The notes under the pieces: generated by a model
The model's input: only the letters and a program-made list of their open reading frames with translations
The model's database searches: none
Told to the model about the DNA's origin: nothing
Position numbers and translations under genes: made by a program
Part shown: piece by piece, positions 20,282 to 29,882 of the stretch
Numbering within the stretch: position 1 is the first letter of the stretch
Layout of the letters: the number at the start of each line of letters is the position of its first letter
Assembly: GCA_964536615.1 (NCBI GenBank)
Contig: CAZHYG010000001.1
Coordinates: 134,200 to 198,199, forward strand
Source: an uncultured Gammaproteobacteria bacterium
Lineage (GTDB): Bacteria; Patescibacteriota; Patescibacteriia; Magasanikbacterales; GWA2-37-8
DNA length: 64,000 nt
Reading direction: 5' to 3'

Positions 20282-20632
20282 TTAAATCTGATCATCCGTT
20301 TTTTTAACTGCATCCTGCAAAGAAATTTTGCGCGTTAAGACTGTAATTTGTTTATTTAACCGTTCAATAGAAACCATAAGCCTAAAAATCACAAAGAATA
20401 TTCCTGCCAAAGCCACATACACAACCAAGTCAGCGCCCCGGCCGATACCAAACAACTTAGCCGCCAAAGCGGTTGAATTTGGCGCGAGCGCCACCGCACT
20501 GGCCAGCAGCCAAAAACAGACCCAGATTACAGCATCTTTTTTTCTGAGCTCTCCGGCGCGATATCGCCCCACCACTTTTATCAAAGCAAAGCCAAAGAAA
20601 AAAACCAAGATAATTTGAATCGCAAACAACAT
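20282..20632 (-). CDS. DUF2304 small membrane protein (GT2-associated)
   Basis: 116 aa with 3 TM helices. Typical partner gene immediately downstream of a GT2. Confidence 0.6.
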   Translation of the reverse strand: MLFAIQIILVFFFGFALIKVVGRYRAGELRKKDAVIWVCFWLLASAVALAPNSTALAAKLFGIGRGADLVVYVALAGIFFVIFRLMVSIERLNKQITVLTRKISLQDAVKKTDDQI

Positions 20633-20635
20633 ATG

Positions 20636-21298
20636 CTATTTTAATAATTTAGCTTTAATAATATCACCCACAATGCGCATACCGCCATCTATCCCCTGCC
20701 CGTATTCATAATACGAAACTTCAACCGGATGTTCTGCAATAATATATTTTCCTTTACGCAACTGCTGAACAATCTCTGAATTATGGGCCATGCCATCTTG
20801 TGATATGTGAATATTCTCCGCAACCTGTTTAGACAAAATCCTAAAACCGTTATGCGCATCAGTTAAATGCATGCCAGTCATTATACGGTTTATGAAACGA
20901 CTAATCGGCAATACAATATATTTTTTAGTCCACGGCATGCGAGAGCGATTATCTAAAAAACGCGACCCAAGCATAGCATCCGCTTTTTTTTCTTCCATAG
21001 CACGAATAGCCGGCATAATATCAGCCGGATTAAACTGGCCATCTCCATCAAAATGCACTAAAAACTTTGCGCCATTTTTAAGGGCAAATTCATTCCCTGT
21101 TTGGAGCGCCGCCCCTTGGCCGCGATTTAAAACATGGCGAATTACGTTTGCGCCAAATCGCGATGCTTCACTGGCGGTATTGTCGGAAGACCCATCATCT
21201 ACAACTACCACATCTTTAAATCCATGTTCAAAAAGGCCACGAACAACGCGGCCAATTCTTTCTTCTTCGTTATAAGCAGGAACTATAACAAAAACCAT
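20636..21298 (-). CDS. Glycosyltransferase family 2 (polyprenyl-phosphate sugar synthase-like)
   Basis: VFVIVPAYNEEERI, VVVVDDGSSDNT and DGDGQ motifs. 220 aa. Confidence 0.85.
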   Translation of the reverse strand: MVFVIVPAYNEEERIGRVVRGLFEHGFKDVVVVDDGSSDNTASEASRFGANVIRHVLNRGQGAALQTGNEFALKNGAKFLVHFDGDGQFNPADIMPAIRAMEEKKADAMLGSRFLDNRSRMPWTKKYIVLPISRFINRIMTGMHLTDAHNGFRILSKQVAENIHISQDGMAHNSEIVQQLRKGKYIIAEHPVEVSYYEYGQGIDGGMRIVGDIIKAKLLK

Positions 21299-21301
21299 AG
21301 G

Positions 21302-22330
21302 TTACTTTTCATAGCCATGATTAAACAGCAACGCTTCTTTATTGGCAATAGTATAATCAATTGTTTTTTCCAGACCATCTTGCAACCGCACTAGCGGCAT
21401 CCACCCTAAGACATCTTTAGCATAAGCCAAATCAGGCGCGCCTTTTCTAGTAAGAAACAACAATGGATTTTCAAAAGATATTTCTGACGATGAATTAGTG
21501 GCAGCAATTACAGTCTTAGCCACATCTGCCACTTTAACAATCGCATCATCACCTAAATTAACAATCTGCACCTCCGGCGAGCTTGCCATTAATCGCACCA
21601 GTCCATCTACCATATCGGTAACATAGCACAGCGACGTAGAAAAATTCTCATCACCATTAATAATCAGATTTTTACCATTTAAAGCACTGATAATAAAATC
21701 TGGGATCATCTGTCCTTCAAAGATTTTCATATGAGGACCATATGTGGTGAAAACTCGGGCAATTTTTGCATCTATGCCGTATACCTGACGATATGTTGCT
21801 ACGCAAGTTTCAGCAAAACGTTTTCCTTCATCATAACAGGCGCGCGGAGACAGATGATCAACAACTCCTTGGTCTGTTTCTTTAAAAGAATATTTTTGAT
21901 CGGTGGCATTACCATACACAACAGAACTGGAAGTAAATACATATTTAGCTTTGTATTTTACCGCTAGATCCAAAGTGCTGATCATAGACGAAGAATTTGC
22001 CCATAATGATTTCATTTTCAACTTTTCAAAATCATTCGGACTGGTTGGGCACGCTAAATGATAAATTTCTTGAATACCTTGAAATTTAATTTTAAACTTA
22101 TCCAGCTCTTCAAAACTATTAAGATCTATTGGCTGGTTAACATCATATTTAATAAACTCAAAATCAGGGTACTGTAATAAATGGTTGATATTAGCAGGCG
22201 AAGAATTGGAAAAGTCATCTAGGCAGATAACTTTCGCCTCTTTAAGGAGTCGTTCACATAGATGCGAGCCAATAAACCCGGCACCACCCGTTACCAAAAC
22301 ATTTTTTTTCTCAAAAATAGGAGTATCCAT
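21302..22330 (-). CDS. NAD-dependent epimerase/dehydratase (UDP-glucuronate decarboxylase/UDP-xylose synthase-like SDR)
   Basis: VLVTGGAGFIGSHL Rossmann motif and a Y-x3-K catalytic pair. 342 aa. Confidence 0.8.
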   Translation of the reverse strand: MDTPIFEKKNVLVTGGAGFIGSHLCERLLKEAKVICLDDFSNSSPANINHLLQYPDFEFIKYDVNQPIDLNSFEELDKFKIKFQGIQEIYHLACPTSPNDFEKLKMKSLWANSSSMISTLDLAVKYKAKYVFTSSSVVYGNATDQKYSFKETDQGVVDHLSPRACYDEGKRFAETCVATYRQVYGIDAKIARVFTTYGPHMKIFEGQMIPDFIISALNGKNLIINGDENFSTSLCYVTDMVDGLVRLMASSPEVQIVNLGDDAIVKVADVAKTVIAATNSSSEISFENPLLFLTRKGAPDLAYAKDVLGWMPLVRLQDGLEKTIDYTIANKEALLFNHGYEK

Positions 22331-22394
22331 ATTTTACCAGTTAAGCACAGCACTAAACATGCGTCATATTTATATCAAAATTATAGCATTGGGG

Positions 22395-22596
22395 GCTGAT
22401 ATTTACAATATCAGCGAAAACATGTACCGTTATGGCGGGGAGGCTAGAGATCCGATGGTAAATCGGAATATGTTCCTTGCCTAAAGCATTGGGAATAAGA
22501 GCTGCGCAAAACTGCATAGAACGGTTCGCTAACCACGAACCACAGGGAGCCTGCTCTCTCTAGCCATCCCACCATTTTACGGCTTATAGCCGTTTG
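22395..22596 (-). ncRNA. Candidate structured RNA of unknown class in the spacer between the S8 protease and SDR genes
   Basis: Minus-strand read shows a long-range helix (GGCTAGAGA...TCTCTAGCC) enclosing several hairpins: GGTTCG-N7-CGAACC, TCCGAT-N5-ATCGGA, GCTGATATT-gta-AATATCAGC and ACGGCT-tata-AGCCGT. The ~265-bp non-coding gap is unusually large for this genome. Confidence 0.3.
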
Positions 22597-24120
22597 CTAT
22601 TCGGTTTTCCAACTCTGCGATGATACATCAATAATGATCTTTTTTAGATTATTATTTTTTTTGGCTGTAATGATAATATTTTCATCCTCGCCCCATATAT
22701 ACCCTTTATCTAATTGAGCAACCGAAACAAAGCCCGGCAACGTTAAACTTGTTATAATTTTTTTACCGGCAAAATCCCAAGCTTGTACCACCAAACTTCC
22801 GTTACGCTGGCGTACATACACAAACATACTGTCTGCAATCATCCAGCGAGATGACTTTTCTGAAAAATTTTCTAGCGCAAAACGATGTACTTTTTTTGCC
22901 CCTTCAAACACATCTACATAATACTGTTTTTTTACCTTAACCAAGACGCCGCGATATACGCTTGTGGCGGGTTTAGATTTTGACTCTATCGCCAAACGCA
23001 CCGCCTTGCCGGTATTGAGACGACCATAACCCAACTGACCGGCAAACCCCGGGTTGAGATGATCTATATCATCAGCGCTTTTAAGCAGCGTTTCTGTAAT
23101 TTCTTTAGCTGTCCATTCTGGACGAACAGACTTCACCAGCGCAGCCGTACCCGCTACCAATGGGGCGGAAAAAGATGTGCCGTACCAGCCGCCGTCAAAA
23201 TCTTTTTCAAAACCAGGCTGTGCGCTAACTTTTTGTGTGCTGTAAATTTTTTCTCCAGGCGCAGAAATATCAATACAACTTCCGTAATCGCCAAAATAAC
23301 TAAGCGTATCGGATGCGCTAACGGACGCAACTCCCAAAACCCAATTTTGCATATAGTCATAATCAAGGCAAATTGGATACTGCTTAACCTTGGTTAAATT
23401 TTCATTACCACTGCTATCATTGCGGCTATTTCCGGCTGCAGCTACCACTAATACTCCTTTCTGGTAAGCGCGATACAAAGCGGCGGTAAGCGCCGGTTCG
23501 GTAGTAAAACCAACAAAGCTTAAATTGATAATACTGGCGCCATTATCAACTGCATAATTTACGGCACGCGCAATATCAACCAAATCACCGCCCCCGCTAT
23601 TGTTTACAGCTCGTAACGGCATAATTGACACATGCCAGCTTAACCCCGCCCCCAACACCCCATTATCTCCCGAGGCACCAATTAAACCGGCTAACAAAGT
23701 GCCGTGATTAACTGCCCCAGTATCGTCTGCTTCTGTAACACTCGCAATACTTACATCGTTATTATTTTCCACAATATTCCATCCATGGACATCATCAACA
23801 TACCCATTATTATCATCATCTATACCGTTATTCGGCACTTCGTCGGCATTAACCCAAATATTATCAGCCAGATCTGGATTTAAAATATCTACCCCCGTAT
23901 CTATAACTGCCACCACCACTGTACTGCTGCCAACCGTATAATCCCAGGCTTCCGGCGCATGAATTTGATTGTACACGTCTTTCTGCCAGCTATAATACGG
24001 ATCAGAGGGAGTATAGGCAAAAACTGGCCCGCACACGCACAGCGCAGCGCCAATCGCCAACAGACTGCCAACTATTGATTTTTTGCTTAAAATAAGGTAA
24101 AATTCAAACATATATATCAA
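22597..24120 (-). CDS. Secreted subtilisin-like serine protease (peptidase S8)
   Basis: Signal/TM N-terminus. Catalytic triad contexts VIDTGVD, HGTLLAG and GTSFSAP. 507 aa. Confidence 0.88.
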   Translation of the reverse strand: MIYMFEFYLILSKKSIVGSLLAIGAALCVCGPVFAYTPSDPYYSWQKDVYNQIHAPEAWDYTVGSSTVVVAVIDTGVDILNPDLADNIWVNADEVPNNGIDDDNNGYVDDVHGWNIVENNNDVSIASVTEADDTGAVNHGTLLAGLIGASGDNGVLGAGLSWHVSIMPLRAVNNSGGGDLVDIARAVNYAVDNGASIINLSFVGFTTEPALTAALYRAYQKGVLVVAAAGNSRNDSSGNENLTKVKQYPICLDYDYMQNWVLGVASVSASDTLSYFGDYGSCIDISAPGEKIYSTQKVSAQPGFEKDFDGGWYGTSFSAPLVAGTAALVKSVRPEWTAKEITETLLKSADDIDHLNPGFAGQLGYGRLNTGKAVRLAIESKSKPATSVYRGVLVKVKKQYYVDVFEGAKKVHRFALENFSEKSSRWMIADSMFVYVRQRNGSLVVQAWDFAGKKIITSLTLPGFVSVAQLDKGYIWGEDENIIITAKKNNNLKKIIIDVSSQSWKTE

Positions 24121-24141
24121 GTATATATTATATCACACTAT

Positions 24142-25527
24142 ATGTATCGCTTAAAACAATTCACGCTTTTTACCGGCGATCTTATCTGTCTCTATACCGG
24201 CTTATATGCCGGCACCTTCCTCAGGTATCTACACCCCGCAGACAACCAATTTTTTGAGCTACTTACCCCAATGACTGCCCTATTTTTGCTGGCAGCTACA
24301 ATTATGTTTATTTCCGGCTTATACGACGTAAACAAAACCAAAAATACTTGGCTTTTTTTTCAAAAAATACCGCTGAGTGCTATAGTCTGGATGCTAATGG
24401 GCGTAACCTATTTCTATATTAATCCAGAACAAAATATCGCGCCAAAAACCATCCTTCTCTTAACAACAGTAACAGGCTTTGGTTTAATCTCGATATGGAG
24501 ATTTATTTATAACAAATTTATTACAATCAAGCTTACATATCGCATTCTTTTTGCAGGCCTAACTGACGAAGTGCAGGAATTGATTGAGCAAATTAAAAAA
24601 GAACCTCAACTGGGCTATCAAATTGCCGGCATCTTATTAAACGAAGCAGACCCATCCTATGCTCAAGCTGCAACATACGCGCAAAACCATACTATTTCTG
24701 TGTACACCGCCACAAATCTGCGCAACAATTTAAGCCAAATAAACATTGTTGTATTATCCCCGATGATGGCAGCTAACAAATCATTGCTGCAAACCTTGTA
24801 CCAAAGCTTATTTCAAGGCATAAGCATTGTTGAGCTTTCTGATTTTTATGAATCTGTTATGCATCGCATTCCACCATTTACTTTTTCTGAAGGATGGTTT
24901 ATAGCCCATTTGCAAGAACAGCAGAAAAAAATATATGATCGGGTCCGTATTTTAAGCGATTATTTTTTAGGCGCCTGCCTTGGCATGTTATGCATCGCGA
25001 CCATGCCTTTTATTGCGGCGGCCATAAAACTAAACTCAAAAGGCAAGGTGTTTTTTACGCAAAATAGAGTTGGCCGAGGGGGTGCGATTTTTAAAGTATA
25101 CAAATTCCGCACCATGAAAAGTTTGTCTACTGACGGCAGTGCCGAAACTAACGGACCCCAATATGCTGCAACTGCCGATATGCGAATCACATCTGTGGGA
25201 AAATTTTTGCGCTTAACTCGCCTGGATGAAATACCTCAATTTATCAATATCTTAAAAGGAGAAATGTCTTTTATCGGTCCTCGCCCTGAACGACCAGAAT
25301 TTGTTGCGCAGCTAACAGAAAAAATGCCGTTTTATTCACTACGGCATTTAATCAAACCGGGTTTAACCGGCTGGGCTCAAGTACAAAAATCGTACTATGG
25401 CACCATTGAAGAAAACCTGCAAAAACTTGAGTACGATCTGTTTTATATCAAAAACAGAAACTTTACTTTGGATATTTCAATCTTACTTCGCACTATCAGC
25501 ACCATCCTTCGCATGGCCGGACGATAA
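24142..25527 (+). CDS. Undecaprenyl-phosphate sugar phosphotransferase (WbaP/EPS initiating sugar transferase)
   Basis: N-terminal TM block plus C-terminal bacterial sugar-transferase domain (KFRTM, PRPERP, GLTGWAQV). 461 aa. Confidence 0.85.
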   Translation: MYRLKQFTLFTGDLICLYTGLYAGTFLRYLHPADNQFFELLTPMTALFLLAATIMFISGLYDVNKTKNTWLFFQKIPLSAIVWMLMGVTYFYINPEQNIAPKTILLLTTVTGFGLISIWRFIYNKFITIKLTYRILFAGLTDEVQELIEQIKKEPQLGYQIAGILLNEADPSYAQAATYAQNHTISVYTATNLRNNLSQINIVVLSPMMAANKSLLQTLYQSLFQGISIVELSDFYESVMHRIPPFTFSEGWFIAHLQEQQKKIYDRVRILSDYFLGACLGMLCIATMPFIAAAIKLNSKGKVFFTQNRVGRGGAIFKVYKFRTMKSLSTDGSAETNGPQYAATADMRITSVGKFLRLTRLDEIPQFINILKGEMSFIGPRPERPEFVAQLTEKMPFYSLRHLIKPGLTGWAQVQKSYYGTIEENLQKLEYDLFYIKNRNFTLDISILLRTISTILRMAGR

Positions 25528-27153
25528 TTATTTCTTTAACGCTGCTTTTACTAAACCGACAAACAATGGATGCGGCTGTAAAAACCTTGATTTAAATTCT
25601 GGATGAAATTGCACCCCGACAAAATATGGGTGCTTTTTTAATTCTACAATTTCCACCAAATCGGACTGCGGATTAACGCCAGTTACTATCATCCCCTGCT
25701 TTTCCATTGCTTCACGGTATTTGTTATCAAACTCATATCGATGACGATGGCGTTCACTAATTTTTTCCGATCCATATGCATTTCGCGCAATACTGCCTGG
25801 CTTTAAAACACAGTCATACGCACCCAAACGCATCGTGCCGCCATAACGCTGTTTTTTAACATTTTCCGCTTGGGTTAAATTGATATTAATAATTAAATTT
25901 TTACTTTTTGGATTACATTCTAGGGTATGGGCGTCTTTATATCCCATCACATTTCTAGCAAACTCTATCGTAGCCAGCTGCATGCCATAACACAAACCCA
26001 AATATGGCAAACCGTGTTCTCTGGCATATTTAATAGAAGCAATAATGCCTTCTATGCCGCGCGTACCAAATCCGCCCGGCACGATTAACGCATTATAACC
26101 GCTTAGTTCTTTTACTTTTTCAGGGTGTTTTTCGTATTCTTCTGCATCCAGCCAAGTGAGTTCGGCATGCGCACCGCTGTGCCAAGCAGCATGCTTAATA
26201 GCGTTAATTACGGAGATGTAGGAATCGGACAAGGTGTAATCACCGGTAGCAAAATATTTGCCTACCACGGCAATTTTAACTGATTTTTTAATACGTCCAA
26301 TGGCTGAAACAAATTCATCCCATTCTTTTTTTATCGGCTTGCGATTTTTCATGTGCAAGCGCTTCATCAGCAATTCGGCAAATTTTTGCCTTTCCAAAAC
26401 TAACGGAATCTCATAGATACTTTGAACATCCGGCGCTGCAATCACATCATCTTCACTGCGCAAACCGCACAGCAGCGCTAATTTTTCACGGCGAGGCTTA
26501 TCAAGCTCATCTGGACCGCGCGCAATAATAAAATCAGCCTGAATACCGCTGGCATTTAACGTACGAGAAGCATACTGCGTTGGCTTGGTTTTCATTTCAC
26601 CCAAATGGCCGGGCACCGGCAAATAACTCACCAAAACAAACGCCACATGTTCCGGATTTTCAAGCTTCATCATGCGGGCTGCTTCTAAAAACAAAATATT
26701 TTGATATTCTCCGGCTGTACCTCCGATTTCAATCACCATAACATCGGCTTTGGTTTTGGCAGCGGCGTTTTTAATGCGGCCAATGACTTCCATAGGAATA
26801 TGCGGCACAACTTCAACGCATTTACCTTTATAGTACATGCTGCGCTCTTTTTCTATCACGCTTAAATATACACGGCCGGTAGTCATGTAGTTATATGAAA
26901 ATATATCGGTTTCCAAGAACCGTTCATAATTTCCCAGATCTTGATCGGTTTCGTCGCCATCCTCGGTTACAAACACCTCTCCATGCTCCACAGGGTTCAT
27001 TGTACCGGCATCAACATTGATATATGGATCTATTTTAATAGCAGAGACGGCAAACCCGCGATTTTTAAAAATACGGCCAATCGAAGCCGTGGTTACACCT
27101 TTACCTACCCCACTCAACACTCCGCCAATAACAAAAATATATTTTGTTTGCAT
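25528..27153 (-). CDS. pyrG: CTP synthase
   Basis: KYIFVIGGVLSGVGKG N-terminus and glutamine amidotransferase C-terminus (GLCYGMQ). 541 aa. Confidence 0.95.
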   Translation of the reverse strand: MQTKYIFVIGGVLSGVGKGVTTASIGRIFKNRGFAVSAIKIDPYINVDAGTMNPVEHGEVFVTEDGDETDQDLGNYERFLETDIFSYNYMTTGRVYLSVIEKERSMYYKGKCVEVVPHIPMEVIGRIKNAAAKTKADVMVIEIGGTAGEYQNILFLEAARMMKLENPEHVAFVLVSYLPVPGHLGEMKTKPTQYASRTLNASGIQADFIIARGPDELDKPRREKLALLCGLRSEDDVIAAPDVQSIYEIPLVLERQKFAELLMKRLHMKNRKPIKKEWDEFVSAIGRIKKSVKIAVVGKYFATGDYTLSDSYISVINAIKHAAWHSGAHAELTWLDAEEYEKHPEKVKELSGYNALIVPGGFGTRGIEGIIASIKYAREHGLPYLGLCYGMQLATIEFARNVMGYKDAHTLECNPKSKNLIININLTQAENVKKQRYGGTMRLGAYDCVLKPGSIARNAYGSEKISERHRHRYEFDNKYREAMEKQGMIVTGVNPQSDLVEIVELKKHPYFVGVQFHPEFKSRFLQPHPLFVGLVKAALKK

Positions 27154-27184
27154 ACGGTTTCAAATTATATAGACCATTTTATTT

Positions 27185-27625
27185 TTATAAAGTAGATACA
27201 ATAACATGCACCCGCGCCTCCAAACCATGCCGCAACGCAACTGTAACCGTATATTCCCCCGCTTCTTTTATCGGCTTCATGATAATCTGATTTTTATCAA
27301 GCTTAAAACCAGATTTTGCCAATGCTTCAACTATTTTTTGCGGACCGATAGCCGCATATAGAGCGCCGGCCGTCCCGGCTTTTTCTCGCAACGAAATTTC
27401 CCAACTATCCAATCTGTCCGCCAATTCTTGCTGATGCTTTAACTCTTCCTCTTTATGATGCGCTATTTTATTGCGGCGAGATTGGATTTCTTTAATAGAT
27501 TTCTCTGTTGCCGGTACTGCCAAATTTTTTGCAAATAAAAAATTACGGCCGTATCCTTCGGACACCTCTTTCACATCATCTATTTGGCCAAGACCGGGCA
27601 CAGATTGTATTAAAATCACTTTCAT
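27185..27625 (-). CDS. rplI: 50S ribosomal protein L9
   Basis: MKVILIQSVPGLG...VKEVSEGYGRNFL is the canonical L9 N-domain. 146 aa. Confidence 0.9.
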   Translation of the reverse strand: MKVILIQSVPGLGQIDDVKEVSEGYGRNFLFAKNLAVPATEKSIKEIQSRRNKIAHHKEEELKHQQELADRLDSWEISLREKAGTAGALYAAIGPQKIVEALAKSGFKLDKNQIIMKPIKEAGEYTVTVALRHGLEARVHVIVSTL

Positions 27626-27699
27626 ACTAGAACACTTGATTTTTCATGCATTTTCCGCTATACTGCAGCAATACAGATTTGTTACTTAATACTTTAGTT

Positions 27700-28551
27700 A
27701 TGTTTAAATCCGGCTTTATTACTCTTGTAGGCCGTTCAAATGTGGGTAAATCAGCCCTGCTTAACACCCTCGTTGGAACGAAGCTGGCCGCAGTTACCGA
27801 TAAGCCACAAACTACCAGAGACATTATACACGGAGTTCTAAATACCGCGCAAGGGCAGGCTGTTTTTGTGGATACGCCCGGTATATTTAAAGACAAAGGA
27901 AACCCCCTTTCCGGCAAGCTTACCCAGCGAGCTCACGAAGCGATCCAGGGCATAGACATCATCATCTATGTTGTAGACCCAACCAAATCACTTGGTGCAG
28001 AAGAGCGAGCAACATTGGCCATGGTAAGAAATATAGATATTCCTAAATTACTCGTAATCAATAAATCCGACCTGCCTAAACATGAAAAAACATATTTAGA
28101 AGATTATTTAGCGCTCAGCGACCAGTTTACCGCCGTATTTGAACTATCAGCTCAAGAAAATAGACACATCCAGCCGCTCAAAGATAAGGTGTTTGAACTG
28201 CTTCCAGAAGGTGAACCAGTGTACCCTGATGATCAGATAACCAATATTGATAGAAAATTCTGGACTGCCGAACTAATTCGCGAAAAAATATTTAAAGCTT
28301 TGCGCCAAGAAGTGCCCTACACCACACACGTGGAAGTGGAAGATATTGAAGAAAAACCTGAAATGTTTGTCATCAAAGCAATTGTATACACATATGACAG
28401 CCGCTACAAAAAAATGATTATCGGCGCTGGCGGACGATCTATTAAAGAAATTGGCATTGCGGCTCGCAAAGAACTGGAAGCAGCCTTAAATAAAAAAGTA
28501 TTTCTTGAACTGGAAGTAGAGACAGATAGGCGTTGGGAAGAAAAAATTTAA
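27700..28551 (+). CDS. era: GTPase Era
   Basis: FKSGFITLVGRSNVGKSALLN G1, DTPG G3, NKSD G4 and C-terminal KH domain. Start moved to MFKSGF (27700). The ORF track begins at 27646. Confidence 0.9.
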   Translation: MFKSGFITLVGRSNVGKSALLNTLVGTKLAAVTDKPQTTRDIIHGVLNTAQGQAVFVDTPGIFKDKGNPLSGKLTQRAHEAIQGIDIIIYVVDPTKSLGAEERATLAMVRNIDIPKLLVINKSDLPKHEKTYLEDYLALSDQFTAVFELSAQENRHIQPLKDKVFELLPEGEPVYPDDQITNIDRKFWTAELIREKIFKALRQEVPYTTHVEVEDIEEKPEMFVIKAIVYTYDSRYKKMIIGAGGRSIKEIGIAARKELEAALNKKVFLELEVETDRRWEEKI

Positions 28552-28558
28552 ATAAAAT

Positions 28559-28588
28559 AGCCCTACAATAAGCAGGGCTATTTTTTTA
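28559..28588. terminator. Bidirectional intrinsic terminator between era and ctpA
   Basis: Stem TAGCCCT/AGGGCTA with a 9-nt loop, then T7. A-rich 5' flank. Confidence 0.7.
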
Positions 28589-28606
28589 TTTAAAATAATA
28601 TACGGT

Positions 28607-29869
28607 TTACCACTTAAATGTGGTAGAGGCAAACAGCTTTAGAGCAGCATCTAACACTGAATCTTCTCCGATTTTTTCATTTTCCCAATCTTCTTTTACT
28701 TCAATGTCTGGTTTCACACCCTCTTTGTTTATATTTTTACCATTTGGCGTAAACCATTCAGCAATCGTAAGCTTCAAAGCCGAACCGTCAGGAAACATTT
28801 GAAAATCTTGCACCGACCCTTTGCCAAAAGTTTGCTCGCCAATAAGCACGGCTTTTTTTGTATCCTGCAGCGCACCAGCTACAATTTCCGAAGCAGAAGC
28901 AGAACCCTTATTCACCAATACTACCGTTTTTATTCCTGAAAGCGGATGTGACCCAAATGTCTCGTGCTCTTTATTAAGACCATCTCGCCCTTTTTCACTC
29001 ACCACCACGCCCTTGGTTATCCATTGACTGCCCATTTCGATAGCCGCGTCCAGATAACCCCCTGGATTATTGCGTAAATCCAAAATAATGGCGCTGGCCG
29101 ACATTGATTTAATTTGTTTAATATACTTATTAAGTTTAGGTATGGTATCTTCGTTAAACTGCATCACGCGCAAATACGCGATATTATTTTCTTTTACCGA
29201 AAACAATATAGACGGAACACTAATCTTTGAACGAGTAATGGAAACATCTTCAGATTTTGTGTTATTATCACGCACAATGGTAAGCACTACTTGCGTGTTG
29301 GCTTTCCCGCGAATTTTACCTACAGCCGTACCAACATCCATTCCAGCAGTACTCTCTTTATCAATCGCAATAATTTTATCTCCTGGGCGCAAACCTGCTT
29401 TTTCTGCCGGAGAATCTGGCAACGGTGAAATCACCATTAGCTGATCATTTTTAATACCAATTTCCGTGCCAATACCTTCCAATTCTCCCGACAAATCTTT
29501 AGCGAATTCTTCTGCTTGTTGCGGCGGGAAATATAACGAATACGGGTCGCCCAACGAACCAACCAAGCCTCCGATAGCGCCATAGAGCATATCGGTTTCT
29601 TTAATCGGCTGCTTTACATATGACGAGCGCACTTTATCCCACACTTGCCAAAACTGATTGAAATCTACCGAACTTTTATTAACAGAACGATTTAAATTTA
29701 AAACTTTTTCTATTTCTACCGCGCCATTGGCACTGGTAATACTCTGGCGCACATACCAAGTTTTTCCTACCAGCACGCCCATGCCAAAAGAAATAATAAA
29801 AAATATTAAAGATAAATACACGCTCGCATATTTTGAAGCGCGCATTTTAACAGGAGAAATATCAGACAT
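28607..29869 (-). CDS. ctpA: Carboxyl-terminal processing protease (peptidase S41) with PDZ domain
   Basis: PDZ segment (GLRPGDKIIAID) and S41 catalytic region (GSASASEI ... K). N-terminal TM anchor. 420 aa. Confidence 0.88.
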   Translation of the reverse strand: MSDISPVKMRASKYASVYLSLIFFIISFGMGVLVGKTWYVRQSITSANGAVEIEKVLNLNRSVNKSSVDFNQFWQVWDKVRSSYVKQPIKETDMLYGAIGGLVGSLGDPYSLYFPPQQAEEFAKDLSGELEGIGTEIGIKNDQLMVISPLPDSPAEKAGLRPGDKIIAIDKESTAGMDVGTAVGKIRGKANTQVVLTIVRDNNTKSEDVSITRSKISVPSILFSVKENNIAYLRVMQFNEDTIPKLNKYIKQIKSMSASAIILDLRNNPGGYLDAAIEMGSQWITKGVVVSEKGRDGLNKEHETFGSHPLSGIKTVVLVNKGSASASEIVAGALQDTKKAVLIGEQTFGKGSVQDFQMFPDGSALKLTIAEWFTPNGKNINKEGVKPDIEVKEDWENEKIGEDSVLDAALKLFASTTFKW

Positions 29870-29882
29870 AAAAAATAAATAG

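Noticed and set aside
22395-22596. tmRNA, SRP RNA, RNase P RNA or hammerhead identity for the structured spacer
   Set aside because: A GGGGCUGAU start resembles the tmRNA 5' end, but the region is too short and lacks the T-arm and CCA 3' end. No GGAAGCAGC (SRP), AGGAAAGUCC (RNase P) or CUGAUGA...GAAAC (hammerhead) cores are present.
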